Source: Candidatus Thalassarchaeaceae archaeon
GTDB lineage: Archaea; Thermoplasmatota; Poseidoniia; Poseidoniales; Thalassarchaeaceae
Length of the DNA stretch: 64,000 nt
Reading direction: 5' to 3'
NCBI GenBank assembly: GCA_046710875.1
Contig: JBKEHQ010000001.1
Span: forward strand, 1,119 to 65,118
Shown: piece by piece, positions 49,097 to 59,443 of the stretch
Layout: each line of letters opens with the position of its first letter
Position numbering within the stretch: position 1 is the stretch's first letter
The notes under the pieces: model-generated
Databases searched by the model: none
What the model was told of the DNA's origin: nothing
What the model saw: only the letters and a program-made list of their open reading frames with translations
Made by a program: the position numbers and the translations under genes

Positions 49097-51757
49097 TTGT
49101 CAAATTTCAGACCACATCAAAATTTACCAGATGAGGACTCAGAGGAAACTGATGAATGGTTAGAATCACTTCGTTCAGTTGTAGATAATCACGGACTTGA
49201 ACGTGCAAGGATGTTATTGCATGAATTAATGATAGAGGCCAAATATCTATCCATACCAATTAATCGAGTATCTAGAACTCCTTATCTAAATACAATTCAA
49301 TTAAATCAACAACTACCATATCCTGGAGATTTAAAATCTGAAAATAAAATTCAAAATCTAATATTATGGAATGCCGCATTAATAGTTTCGGATGCAAATA
49401 GAAGAATAGATGGAATAGGGGGGCACATATCCTCATACTCATCAAGCGCAACTCTTTATGAAGTAGGCTTCAATCATATTTTTAGAGGTAAAGAAAATAA
49501 TGGAATTGGCGACGCGTTGTATATTCAAGGTCATTGCAGCCCAGGGATATATGCTAGAGCATTTTTAGAAGGAAGAATTTCAAAAGAGCAACTAACTAAT
49601 TTCCGGCAAGAAGCATTTAAAGATGGATTATCATCTTACCCTCATCCTAGGCTAATGAAAGATTTTTGGGAATACCCAACTGTTTCTATGGGCCTAGGGC
49701 CTTTAGCTGCTGTAATGCAAGCTAGATTTTGGAAATATCTGCATATGAGGGGGCTAGCAGACACATCTGAAAGTCGAGTATTTGCATTTTTAGGCGATGG
49801 TGAAATGGATGAGCCAGAATCTATTGCATCTATAGCAGTTGCAGGAAGGGAAAATCTAGATAATTTAATAGTTATAATAAATTGTAACTTACAGAGATTA
49901 GACGGGCCAGTTCGAGGAAATTCAAAAGTTATCCAAGAATTCGAAGGCCTTTACAGAGGGGCAGGTTGGACTGTAATCAAAGTACTATGGAGTTCTGGTT
50001 GGGACCGTTTAATGATGGCAAAATCCAAGGGCATTATTTTGGCAAGAATGGAAGAAATAAATGATGGAGATTGGCAGAGAATGAGTACGTTGGAGCCTGC
50101 TTTATTCCGTTCAGAGTTTTTTTCGAGTAATGCGGCTTTAGAGAAAATCGGTAAATCTCTTTCAGATAATGAAATCTTAGGCCTAACGAGAGGCGGACAT
50201 GATCCAATCAAGGTATATTCTGCATTCAAAGCTGCTGAATCAGCAGAAGGCCCTGCAGTTATACTCGCCCACACTGTCAAAGGCTGGGGAATTGATTCCT
50301 TCGAGGGCCGAAACTCAACTCACCAAAAGAAAAAAATGAACATTGGAGATTTAAAGGCCTACAGAGATAGGCTAGAAATTTCAGTTAATGATTCAGATTT
50401 AGAAAAAAATCCATTTAGTGACTTTGATTCAGAGTCAAAAGAATTTGAATATCTAATAAATCAGAGAGAAAAATTGGGAGGCTTCCTACCCTCCAGAAAA
50501 CCATGTAAGATTGAGATAAATTTACCAAATTCAGAAGTATATTCAGATTTTAATAAAGGTACGCCAAAAGGACAAAAAGTATCTACTACGATGGCTTTTG
50601 TTCGTTTATTAAGAAAAATAATGAAATCTAATATTGGAGAAAAGATTGTACCTATAATTCCAGATGAAGGAAGAACATTTGGGATGGATCCACTTTTTAG
50701 TGAATTTGGAATATTTTCTAGTCAAGGTCAAAAATATACCCCTGTAGATCATAAAATGTTACTTAACTACAAAGAATCAGAAAGTGGGCAAATATTGGAA
50801 GAAGGAATATCCGAAGCTAATGCCATGGCATCTTGGATAGCAAGTGCGACGTCATATTCTCATGCAAATACTCCAACTATGCCATTTTATACATTTTATT
50901 CTATGTTTGGATTTCAACGTGTCGCAGACCAAATATGGAGTGCAGCAGATGCAAGGGCACGAGGCTTCTTGATGGGTGCTACAGCAGGGCGTACAACACT
51001 AAATGGTGAAGGATTACAACATCAAGATGGCCATAGTTTACTCATCGCATCTACTGTACCATCTTGTAGGGCGTGGGATCCTGCATATGCGTATGAATTA
51101 GCCACAATAATAAACCATGGTATGAATGAAATGTGGGGGCAAGAACTAGACGTATTTCATTACATAATGATCTATAATGAAAATCAACAGCAACCTCCAA
51201 AACCTGATGGCATAGATGAAAAAATTATTAAAGGAGGTTATAAATTAGTAGAAGGAAAAAATAATAGTAATCCAAGAGTGAGAATACTTGGATCCGGCCC
51301 GATATTAAAATATGCTAAGCAGGCACATGAAATTCTTAACTCTAAATTTAATATTGATTCTGAACTATGGTCTATTACTTCATATGGTGAGCTACGCAGA
51401 GAAGGATTATTGGCATCACGGCACAATAGATTGAATCCCCAAGAAAAAATAATTCCCTATGTTAAGAATTGCTTTGGAGATAAAACACCAACTATAGCGG
51501 TCTCAGATCATATATCTGCAGTGCCCGAAATGATTCAGCGATGGGTAGGTGGCCATTTTATTGTTTTAGGGACAGATGGTTACGGCCGCTCAGATACTAG
51601 AGAATCTCTACGAGAATTTTTTGAGATTGATACTAATAATATTGTTTTAGGTGCTATTTCAGCATTAGAAAATGATGAAAAATTACCAAATGGTAGTGTA
51701 GAAAATGCGATAAAAATTCTAAATATTAAAACTAATATAATAGATAAAACAAAGTGA
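49097..51757 (+). CDS. aceE: Pyruvate (2-oxoacid) dehydrogenase E1, homodimeric AceE type
   Basis: GGHISSY, GLSSYPHP, PTVSMGLGP, GDGEMDEPES, NCNLQRLDGPV and GEGLQHQDGHS motifs. Confidence 0.95.
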   Translation: MSNFRPHQNLPDEDSEETDEWLESLRSVVDNHGLERARMLLHELMIEAKYLSIPINRVSRTPYLNTIQLNQQLPYPGDLKSENKIQNLILWNAALIVSDANRRIDGIGGHISSYSSSATLYEVGFNHIFRGKENNGIGDALYIQGHCSPGIYARAFLEGRISKEQLTNFRQEAFKDGLSSYPHPRLMKDFWEYPTVSMGLGPLAAVMQARFWKYLHMRGLADTSESRVFAFLGDGEMDEPESIASIAVAGRENLDNLIVIINCNLQRLDGPVRGNSKVIQEFEGLYRGAGWTVIKVLWSSGWDRLMMAKSKGIILARMEEINDGDWQRMSTLEPALFRSEFFSSNAALEKIGKSLSDNEILGLTRGGHDPIKVYSAFKAAESAEGPAVILAHTVKGWGIDSFEGRNSTHQKKKMNIGDLKAYRDRLEISVNDSDLEKNPFSDFDSESKEFEYLINQREKLGGFLPSRKPCKIEINLPNSEVYSDFNKGTPKGQKVSTTMAFVRLLRKIMKSNIGEKIVPIIPDEGRTFGMDPLFSEFGIFSSQGQKYTPVDHKMLLNYKESESGQILEEGISEANAMASWIASATSYSHANTPTMPFYTFYSMFGFQRVADQIWSAADARARGFLMGATAGRTTLNGEGLQHQDGHSLLIASTVPSCRAWDPAYAYELATIINHGMNEMWGQELDVFHYIMIYNENQQQPPKPDGIDEKIIKGGYKLVEGKNNSNPRVRILGSGPILKYAKQAHEILNSKFNIDSELWSITSYGELRREGLLASRHNRLNPQEKIIPYVKNCFGDKTPTIAVSDHISAVPEMIQRWVGGHFIVLGTDGYGRSDTRESLREFFEIDTNNIVLGAISALENDEKLPNGSVENAIKILNIKTNIIDKTK

Positions 51758-51761
51758 TTTA

Positions 51762-52262
51762 ATGGGTAGATTATTTAATTCTATAAAATATTTTTTTAGA
51801 TTGATACCAATGATTATCTCTGGATCATATATTACTTACAAAACATTACCTGAAAAATCTAAACAAGATCTACTGGAAGTTGCTAATAACCCACAAGGAT
51901 GGGGCCTTTCAATTGAGAAAGCATGGGATATATCTAAAATTTCAGCAGAACATTTTAAGGATACATCAATGACTTTAGCAAATTTACTTATTGGTCGAAA
52001 AATATCAAAAAATGATAAACTAAAAGCCAAAGAAGATCTAGCGACATTAAGTATAATAGTTCCACCATTACGGATTTTTATGATTCCCGGAAGCCATATT
52101 TTGTTAGGAATTCTTGCTAATGTAACTCCATGGAGGTTGATTCCTGATGAATGGATACCAATCAATGCACTAAAGAAGATACGTGAAGGAGTTCCTGAGC
52201 ATAAATTAGAAGAAGAAAGTACAATAATGAAAAAATTATTACGTAGAAATAAAAAAAATTAA
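51762..52262 (+). CDS. Hypothetical protein with a LETM1-like segment
   Basis: EDLATLSIIVPPLRIFMIPGSHILLGILANVTPWRLIP resembles the Pro-containing LETM1 membrane segment. Confidence 0.55.
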   Translation: MGRLFNSIKYFFRLIPMIISGSYITYKTLPEKSKQDLLEVANNPQGWGLSIEKAWDISKISAEHFKDTSMTLANLLIGRKISKNDKLKAKEDLATLSIIVPPLRIFMIPGSHILLGILANVTPWRLIPDEWIPINALKKIREGVPEHKLEEESTIMKKLLRRNKKN

Positions 52263-52984
52263 GAATTTCCCCTTCGTACATCTTTTAAAGAGTAATTTTG
52301 TTCTAAAACATCTTTTATGGTTACCCAATCAGGTGTAGTGCCATCAATCCATTCATATCTATGGCCAGGAACTAACCTCCAATCCGAGGGTAGACTATTT
52401 AGTAAATCATTAGCAAACTTTAGGCTATTAATTTGTGCCTTTGGATCACTACCAGGCAGGTCAACTCTTCCAGAATGTGCAGTAAAAAGCAAATCTCCTG
52501 CATGATAAATACCATGCCCATGAAATGTAAGATGACCAGGGGCGTGTCCAGGTGAATGGGTAATTTTTAAATTTATTTTACCCACATTCCACTCAATCAC
52601 ACTATCTGGAGGATTATTCCAAGTAGTGGTAAAATCTACTTTATTAAATAACTGATTATTAAATAATGTACTATCTAATAAATCAGGTACTTTGGCTTCT
52701 TCATGACCTAAAATAAGTATTTCTGGAAAATTATTTATCATCTCAGAATAACCCCAAGTATGATCACGATGAGTGTGAGTGTAAAGTAAATGAGTAGGTT
52801 CCAAATCTATTTTTTTAAGTTCCGAAATCCAAAGATTACTATCAAAAGGATCAATTATTACTGCTATTTTTGCCTCGCGATCTATGAATGCAGTATTCAT
52901 ATTCATAAAATCTCCCATTTGTGTTATCCATACTTCAACTCCATCATCTCGAATATCAATCGCAAACTCGCCTTTTGTCAGCAT
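52259..52984 (-). CDS. Metallo-beta-lactamase fold hydrolase, glyoxalase II-like
   Basis: THTHRDH, HSPGH, GDLLF..GRVDLPG and PGH motifs. Confidence 0.9.
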   Translation of the reverse strand: MLTKGEFAIDIRDDGVEVWITQMGDFMNMNTAFIDREAKIAVIIDPFDSNLWISELKKIDLEPTHLLYTHTHRDHTWGYSEMINNFPEILILGHEEAKVPDLLDSTLFNNQLFNKVDFTTTWNNPPDSVIEWNVGKINLKITHSPGHAPGHLTFHGHGIYHAGDLLFTAHSGRVDLPGSDPKAQINSLKFANDLLNSLPSDWRLVPGHRYEWIDGTTPDWVTIKDVLEQNYSLKDVRRGNS

Positions 52985-53176
52985 ATTTACTCCGAGCAGA
53001 CTGTCATGGATAGGTCTAACGGTATATTTAGAAGCGTATACTTCAAATCAGATATAATAGGTCGACTAATATGGAACGAATACTCTATTCTTCCGTCCTT
53101 TCCTACTTAAATTCAACTTGTTTTTTAATTCAAAGAGGTTTTTAATAGTCTTTTGGACATTAATGGAGGTAATTAG

Positions 53177-56032
53177 ATGGAATATAATATTCAAGAAACA
53201 GAAATTCATTGGCAAAAAGAATGGGCCAAAGCTAAAGTTTTTGAAGCCAAATTAGATTCCGAAAAGCCAAAATTTTACTGTTTAGAAATGTTTCCATATC
53301 CCTCAGGTAATATGCATATGGGCCACGTTAGAAATTACTCTATTGGAGACTCAATGGCTAGATTTCAAAGACTAATGGGAAAAAATGTACTATATCCAAT
53401 GGGATATGACTCGTTTGGAATGCCTGCAGAGAATGCTGCAAAAAAAGAACAAGGGCATCCTCACTATGTAACTCATAGAAATATTGCAAGTATTAGAGAA
53501 GATCAGGAAAGAATGGGATATTCGTATGACTGGAATCGTTCTTTAACGACCTCAGATGTCGAATATTATCGTTGGAATCAAGAAATTTTTTTAATGCTAA
53601 ATGAAAAAGGCTTGGTCGAACGTAGGTTTGCACCAGTTAATTGGTGCAATGATTGTGATACAGTATTAGCCAATGAGCAGGTAAAGAATAATCGTTGTTG
53701 GAGATGTGGTTTAGAAGTCATTCAGAAAGATATGGCACAATGGTTCCTAAGGATGACTGATTATTCTGATCAATTACTTGATGACCTTGACAATATTGTA
53801 TTCCCTGAAAATGTAAAATCAATGCAACGTAATTGGATTGGAAGGTCCAAAGGAGTTAATATTGACTTTTCTATCGTTGGTTCTAATTCTATAATAGAAG
53901 TCTTTACAACAAGGCCAGATACTATTTTTGGTTCAACATTCGTAACTCTATCTCCCGAACATCCGTTATGCGAAGAAATATGTAAAAATACAGATTGGCA
54001 CGATGGTTGGGAAAAATTAAGAGATGAATGCTCAAAAATGTCTGAATTTGAGCGTATTAATATGTTAAAAGATAAAAAAGGAGTTTTCTTGGGGGGATAT
54101 GCGATTAATCCACTCAATAAGGAAAAAATACCAATTTATGCAGGAAATTTTGTTGTTGCTTCCTATGGTACTGGGGCAGTAATGGCTGTTCCGGGGCATG
54201 ATCAGAGAGATTTTGATTTTGCCAAAAAATATAATCTACCTATTAAAAATGTCCTTGTTGATGAACACGCCAAAAATTTTGATACGAATTTAGATTCTGC
54301 ATTTGAAGGATATGGTCCAATGATCAATTCTTCAATTGAAAAATTTAATGGCCTAAAAGGCGAAGATGCAAAAAGCGCTATCATATCCGAATTGGAAAAG
54401 ATAAATTCAGGCAAAGGAACATTCCAATATAGATTGAAAGATTGGCTTCTATCGAGACAGAGATTTTGGGGCACTCCAATCCCTATGATACATTGTGAAT
54501 TATGCGGGGTTGTCCCAGTTGCAAACTCTGATCTTCCTATCGAACTTCCCTTGGATGTAATTTTTAATGAAACTCAAAGCGGTAACCCCTTGGACAATCA
54601 TCATGATTTTATCAATGTCAAATGTCCTTCTTGCGGTGAAATGGCTAAGAGGGAAACAGATACAATGGATACATTCTATGATTCTTCATGGTATTTTATG
54701 AGATACTGTGATGCAAATAATACCGAATCGCCTTTCAGGAAAGAAACTGTAGATTATTGGATGAAAGATGGTATAGATCTGTACATTGGAGGCATAGAGC
54801 ATGCAGTTATGCATTTACTTTATGCAAGATTTTTTACTAAAATTACTCGTGATTCAAATATGATTTCTATTGATGAACCATTTGGCCGATTAGTTTGCCA
54901 AGGAATGTTAAATTCTCCAACTCCGTATTGTTCTGAATGTAATGTCGACTACCACGTAGATCTTTTTGATCAGAAATGCCCTTCTTGTAATATTTTATTG
55001 ACCAGAAGATCAGCAAAAATGAGCAAATCACTTGGCAATACTGTTAGCCCGGGTGAAATGGTAAACATATATGGGGCCGATACTGTTAGATTATTCATAC
55101 TATTTGGTGCCAATCCAGAAGCTGGAATGGACTGGTCCGATAGTGTATTAGAAGCAAATCATAGACAAATTAAATCAATTATGGAAGCAATAAATACATC
55201 ATTATCTATGAAAGATTCTCCTAATAAAATGGATCCTTGGATTATAGCTAAATTAGGCAAAAATATAGAAAATTGGCAAAATGTAATGTCCAATGTAAGT
55301 ATACGTGAAGGAGTTATGATAAGTCATTTTACAATGCTATCAGATTGGAATTGGTATAGGCGAAGAGGAGGAAATAATTATCAAACTGCTTTACAATTTC
55401 TGGAAGGTTGGTTGCCAATGCTAGCCCCAATAACACCACATTTGGCTGAAGAGTTTTGGCATAGGATGGGGCATAAAGAATTACTAGCAGAATTTCAATT
55501 ACCTGAAAATAAAATACAAATCAATGAAGATATGGTATTAGAATATGAAAATTATTTGCATAAGGTAATTGATTCTTCAAGAAATGTCAAAGGACTTGCA
55601 AAACGTCATACTGATTCAAAAATAACAACCATGGTAATACAAACAGCACCAAAATGGATGTATGATTTAGCAAGAGAAGCAATTGTATTACAATCTAAAT
55701 ATTTCGATTTCAAATCTAAAGGAATAGATCATTTGAAATCACTGCCAATTTTTAAAAATGAACAGATTAGAGGTGAAATATTTAAAATATGGACTAATTT
55801 AACTGTAGGCAGTAAAAAGAAAAGAGGAAAAATTTTCACATGGTCCGAAGATGATAAAAAACTAATTTTAAATATGTTCGATGAATCAAAATTTTTATCA
55901 TCAAATAACTCATTTATTGCAAATGAATTGGAACTAGACGTACTCAGAGTTTATTCTGTAGGGGAGGGCCCAGATGTTGCAGGAAAAGCCAAAGTTGCAT
56001 TCCCCTTGGAGCCTGCTATCGCATTTAGTTAA
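53177..56032 (+). CDS. leuS: Leucine--tRNA ligase
   Basis: EMFPYPSG..HMGH, FTTRPDT, GTGAVMAVPGHDQRD, SRQRFWG and KMSKS motifs. Confidence 0.96.
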   Translation: MEYNIQETEIHWQKEWAKAKVFEAKLDSEKPKFYCLEMFPYPSGNMHMGHVRNYSIGDSMARFQRLMGKNVLYPMGYDSFGMPAENAAKKEQGHPHYVTHRNIASIREDQERMGYSYDWNRSLTTSDVEYYRWNQEIFLMLNEKGLVERRFAPVNWCNDCDTVLANEQVKNNRCWRCGLEVIQKDMAQWFLRMTDYSDQLLDDLDNIVFPENVKSMQRNWIGRSKGVNIDFSIVGSNSIIEVFTTRPDTIFGSTFVTLSPEHPLCEEICKNTDWHDGWEKLRDECSKMSEFERINMLKDKKGVFLGGYAINPLNKEKIPIYAGNFVVASYGTGAVMAVPGHDQRDFDFAKKYNLPIKNVLVDEHAKNFDTNLDSAFEGYGPMINSSIEKFNGLKGEDAKSAIISELEKINSGKGTFQYRLKDWLLSRQRFWGTPIPMIHCELCGVVPVANSDLPIELPLDVIFNETQSGNPLDNHHDFINVKCPSCGEMAKRETDTMDTFYDSSWYFMRYCDANNTESPFRKETVDYWMKDGIDLYIGGIEHAVMHLLYARFFTKITRDSNMISIDEPFGRLVCQGMLNSPTPYCSECNVDYHVDLFDQKCPSCNILLTRRSAKMSKSLGNTVSPGEMVNIYGADTVRLFILFGANPEAGMDWSDSVLEANHRQIKSIMEAINTSLSMKDSPNKMDPWIIAKLGKNIENWQNVMSNVSIREGVMISHFTMLSDWNWYRRRGGNNYQTALQFLEGWLPMLAPITPHLAEEFWHRMGHKELLAEFQLPENKIQINEDMVLEYENYLHKVIDSSRNVKGLAKRHTDSKITTMVIQTAPKWMYDLAREAIVLQSKYFDFKSKGIDHLKSLPIFKNEQIRGEIFKIWTNLTVGSKKKRGKIFTWSEDDKKLILNMFDESKFLSSNNSFIANELELDVLRVYSVGEGPDVAGKAKVAFPLEPAIAFS

Positions 56033-56061
56033 ACAGCAAAAAGACAAACGCATTTCTCTCG

Positions 56062-57159
56062 GTGGGTTCATGGGGTACTTTACAGTGGATGATAACGTTG
56101 AGCGAACCTAATGGCGAAAACACAAATCGTAACCGACGTGTGAAACGTTTGCGTCGGGATGATAATCAAAACAAATCTAATGAAAAACTAAATTCACAAA
56201 ATTTAGAGTCTGTAGAAAGAGCATTATCACGATTTCAGATATCACCACCCCCTCAAGGAATACCGGATACTATAGAGCCAGAACCAACTACTATTGAATT
56301 AGAATGGCTTACACATGGAGTTCCAAAAGAAACTCAAAAGATAGTTGGCGATATTGTAAGTATGCCAGGAGAATTTGGTTGGTTAGATGAAGTAAAGGTG
56401 ACAAAAATAGCCAAAAAAATTAAAAATTATCCTATTTCTTTAGAACAAGCATTATCTTTACGTTCAGCATTAAATCAAGAAAAGAGTGTATATTCGCATG
56501 GGCGTCTGATGAGTCGTTCAAATGAATTAACAAGACGTTATGATACAGGGCAAGGAATAATATCCCTTTCAAAAAAGTTTGATGCGCCACCTGTTAATAC
56601 TTTCCGTGCAGTACTTACTGGCAGAGGTTGGACAAAAACAAGAATTAAGGAAACATTAAAAAATCCTTCTAAACTTAATAAAAGAGATAAAAGTGAATTT
56701 GAATTGGCGGAAGAACATGATAAAGTAAGTTCAGTAAATCAATCAGAAACACAATCTGCAGCTGAAATATTCGAAGATATTTTATGTAATTATTTTACTT
56801 CCCTGGGTGTTAGATTCAGACGTCAAGAAGAATTACTCGCTGAGCAAAAAAAATCTGAAGGTAGGGCCATCATAACTCCAGATTTATTATTTTTAGATGA
56901 TGTAAGAATAAATGGCTACCCATGTGCATGGATTGACGCAAAACATTTTTTTGGTGCAGATTTAAAGTTTCCAAAAAAGAAAACACAAAAACAAGTTGAC
57001 AGATATGTAAATGAATATGGCTATGGTGCAATAGTTTATCGTCACGGATTTTGTGAAAGTTTGAAATTAGATGGAGCCACTAAATTAGATGCTAGTCCAC
57101 TAGATCTTACCTTATTATCAGATTTTCATGAAAAGAGTAGAAATTCTATATCAGAATAG
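56062..57159 (+). CDS. CDIN1/C15orf41-like (TPD domain) PD-(D/E)xK nuclease-fold protein
   Basis: FEDIL...TPDLLF...INGYPCAWIDAKHFFG...QVDRYVNEYGYGAIVYRHGF; start uncertain. Confidence 0.75.
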   Translation: MGSWGTLQWMITLSEPNGENTNRNRRVKRLRRDDNQNKSNEKLNSQNLESVERALSRFQISPPPQGIPDTIEPEPTTIELEWLTHGVPKETQKIVGDIVSMPGEFGWLDEVKVTKIAKKIKNYPISLEQALSLRSALNQEKSVYSHGRLMSRSNELTRRYDTGQGIISLSKKFDAPPVNTFRAVLTGRGWTKTRIKETLKNPSKLNKRDKSEFELAEEHDKVSSVNQSETQSAAEIFEDILCNYFTSLGVRFRRQEELLAEQKKSEGRAIITPDLLFLDDVRINGYPCAWIDAKHFFGADLKFPKKKTQKQVDRYVNEYGYGAIVYRHGFCESLKLDGATKLDASPLDLTLLSDFHEKSRNSISE

Positions 57160-58128
57160 TTTAGAAACTTCTGTGATGGCAGTTTTGTATCCCAGCTCAG
57201 TTAATTGTTTAGAAATTATATCAATTTTAAAGTCAGGATTTATAATATCCTTAGGGAGTATTACCACACTTCTCCCAAGCATACATAGTAACGAATTACA
57301 AAAATTTTGTAAATTATTTTCTTTTATTATTATATTTACATCTTTCAGTATTATGGATCTTTTAGAATCAATTATTAATTCACTATCTATTGCAAAATTT
57401 TCTGCTGAAATCAATAATTCTTTCCATCTGGAAGAATTCCATTCACCTTCGGCAATATTCTTCATAGCTTTTAATCCAGCATTTGTAATTTTATCTTTCC
57501 AAATATCGTCATTAATGTATTCCGAAGTATGTTTCCCACTTTCAGGCATCCATGCTAATAAAAGTGGAATATCTTCGGTCCAACCTTCGGACATTCCCGG
57601 TCCTTTAGTCAATGAATTGCCACTATATGGGGAACCTTCGGATAATCGCCTTTCAACTCCTCCTGATGCCAATGCTGTAGTATCTCCCAATCCTGTTGAT
57701 CTTCTACGTTCAATGATATGTGCTACTAAATATGATCTCCGCTTACTTTCTTCATGAGGAATTCCCAATGCACGTTGAAAAGAACTTGCAGCCGCAATAG
57801 CTCCTGATGCAGACATGCCAAATCCTTGAGAAGTTGGTAATGAAAATCTAATATTTAATTCCCATGAATAATTTTTAATCTCAGGAATATCTACTGATAA
57901 AACATCTATGACGTCTTCATATAGATCATTTGTACCATTTCCGTTTAGAAATTTTATATCTAATCTAAAATCTCCCTCCTCTCCTCTAGAAATAACTTCA
58001 ATTCCATCCTTTAAGCACAATCCTGCGCCCAGACTTCCTTGATTTATGGGCTCTATATGATCATCTACAATTGTAAAAAATAGCGTAATGTGTCCTCCAC
58101 ATTGTCCTCTGCCTAGTCTTACAACCAT
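57151..58128 (-). CDS. Pantoate kinase, GHMP family
   Basis: GHITLFF, GSLGAG, PTSQGFGMSAS and TGLGD motifs. Confidence 0.88.
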   Translation of the reverse strand: MVVRLGRGQCGGHITLFFTIVDDHIEPINQGSLGAGLCLKDGIEVISRGEEGDFRLDIKFLNGNGTNDLYEDVIDVLSVDIPEIKNYSWELNIRFSLPTSQGFGMSASGAIAAASSFQRALGIPHEESKRRSYLVAHIIERRRSTGLGDTTALASGGVERRLSEGSPYSGNSLTKGPGMSEGWTEDIPLLLAWMPESGKHTSEYINDDIWKDKITNAGLKAMKNIAEGEWNSSRWKELLISAENFAIDSELIIDSKRSIILKDVNIIIKENNLQNFCNSLLCMLGRSVVILPKDIINPDFKIDIISKQLTELGYKTAITEVSKLF

Positions 58129-58165
58129 GGCTCTGCTACAACCTTTTAGAAAAGAAGCCTTTCAT

Positions 58166-59053
58166 TTATTTTAAAGCTTCAGACATATCTTTTGATATCA
58201 AATCAAATCGACCAGCTAGTTCCTTTGTAGCCATAGTAAATGCTACTTTCGGAGACATAGATCCATCAGTTTCAAATGATAAAATAAACTCACCTGGAAC
58301 TTCTTCAATTGTAATTGCATTTTTAAAATCCCTCATTTCTTCGGTCCCTTCTCCAACATGATTTAATTCTCTTTCCAACTGAGATACCTTTTCATAATCT
58401 TCTAATTTACCATCTTTGAAATCTTTAGATGTTATACTTAAATTTAAATCCCATAATATTTTTGCTTTTGTTTTATTGTTTATGACTCCAATTTTCCTAG
58501 AAGTAAATGCAACTCCACATACTGGAGACCATTTTGCATGTTGGCGACCTCTTCCCATTATTGCAGTAGCAAAAAATTCAACCATTTGTCCCTTGAATAA
58601 TTTAGTTAAAGGAATTCCTTTGAATTCCTCAATGATACTTAAGGAATCATCACCCATGGGTTTCATATCTCCTGCAGTTATCATTTTACCTTCTCCAGTT
58701 CCAAATGCCTTGCAAGCATATATTACGGAGCATTGAGGGCAACCTCGCTGATCATCTACTAAATCTTTACAAGACGGGCACTCACTTTGGAAGTAAAAAT
58801 CATCATGTCTTGTTACTATTGGTATCATTGCAAGTCTTTGAGCAATTGTTTCATCTGGTACTGGTCCTGTACTTTCCCAAACTTCACCATCTTGTTCTAC
58901 CAAACCTAATTCAAATCTTACTGTATCTATTGCCATTTTTGGAGTATCAGACATCAGAGAACGTCTAATTCCACTTAACAGAGACCTATCAGTATCTGTA
59001 AACAAAATTTGTATATTATTGGCTTCTTCACTAATAATTTTCACTTTAACCAT
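58166..59053 (-). CDS. rpoD: DNA-directed RNA polymerase subunit Rpo3 (D)
   Basis: IRRSLMSDTPKMAID, HAKWSP and FETDGS motifs; follows S13-S4-S11. Confidence 0.93.
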   Translation of the reverse strand: MVKVKIISEEANNIQILFTDTDRSLLSGIRRSLMSDTPKMAIDTVRFELGLVEQDGEVWESTGPVPDETIAQRLAMIPIVTRHDDFYFQSECPSCKDLVDDQRGCPQCSVIYACKAFGTGEGKMITAGDMKPMGDDSLSIIEEFKGIPLTKLFKGQMVEFFATAIMGRGRQHAKWSPVCGVAFTSRKIGVINNKTKAKILWDLNLSITSKDFKDGKLEDYEKVSQLERELNHVGEGTEEMRDFKNAITIEEVPGEFILSFETDGSMSPKVAFTMATKELAGRFDLISKDMSEALK

Positions 59054-59062
59054 ATAATCACC

Positions 59063-59443
59063 TCATACTCTCCTACCGCGTCTTCCGCCTTTACTCTTTG
59101 TTCCATCAGTAGGAATTGGCGTAACATCTTCGATACGTGTTATTTGAACTCCTGCTCTAGTTAATGCTCTAATTGCTGCAGTTGCACCAGGGGCATTGTT
59201 GGACCTATTACCTCCGGCCCCTCTATATTTTACAATTACTTGATTAAAATCTTTTTCAGCCAGCATCTCAGCAATTCTTTCAGCAGCTCTTGTGGCTGCG
59301 AATTGACCGCCAGAATCACTACCTCCTTTGGTTACCATTCCACCTGATACCTTACAGATTGTTTCGCAACCGGTAAGATCAGTGGCTGTTATCAATACAT
59401 TATTGAAAGTACTGTGAATATGTAGGATTGCTTTATGTCCCAT
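59063..59443 (-). CDS. rps11: 30S ribosomal protein S11 (uS11)
   Basis: HIHSTFNN; IEDVTPIPTDG; GGRRGRRV. Confidence 0.95.
   Translation of the reverse strand: MGHKAILHIHSTFNNVLITATDLTGCETICKVSGGMVTKGGSDSGGQFAATRAAERIAEMLAEKDFNQVIVKYRGAGGNRSNNAPGATAAIRALTRAGVQITRIEDVTPIPTDGTKSKGGRRGRRV

Noticed and set aside
52985..53176. 190-bp spacer before leuS as a T-box or other RNA element
   Set aside because: Only weak imperfect stems and no T-box consensus; explained by divergent promoters
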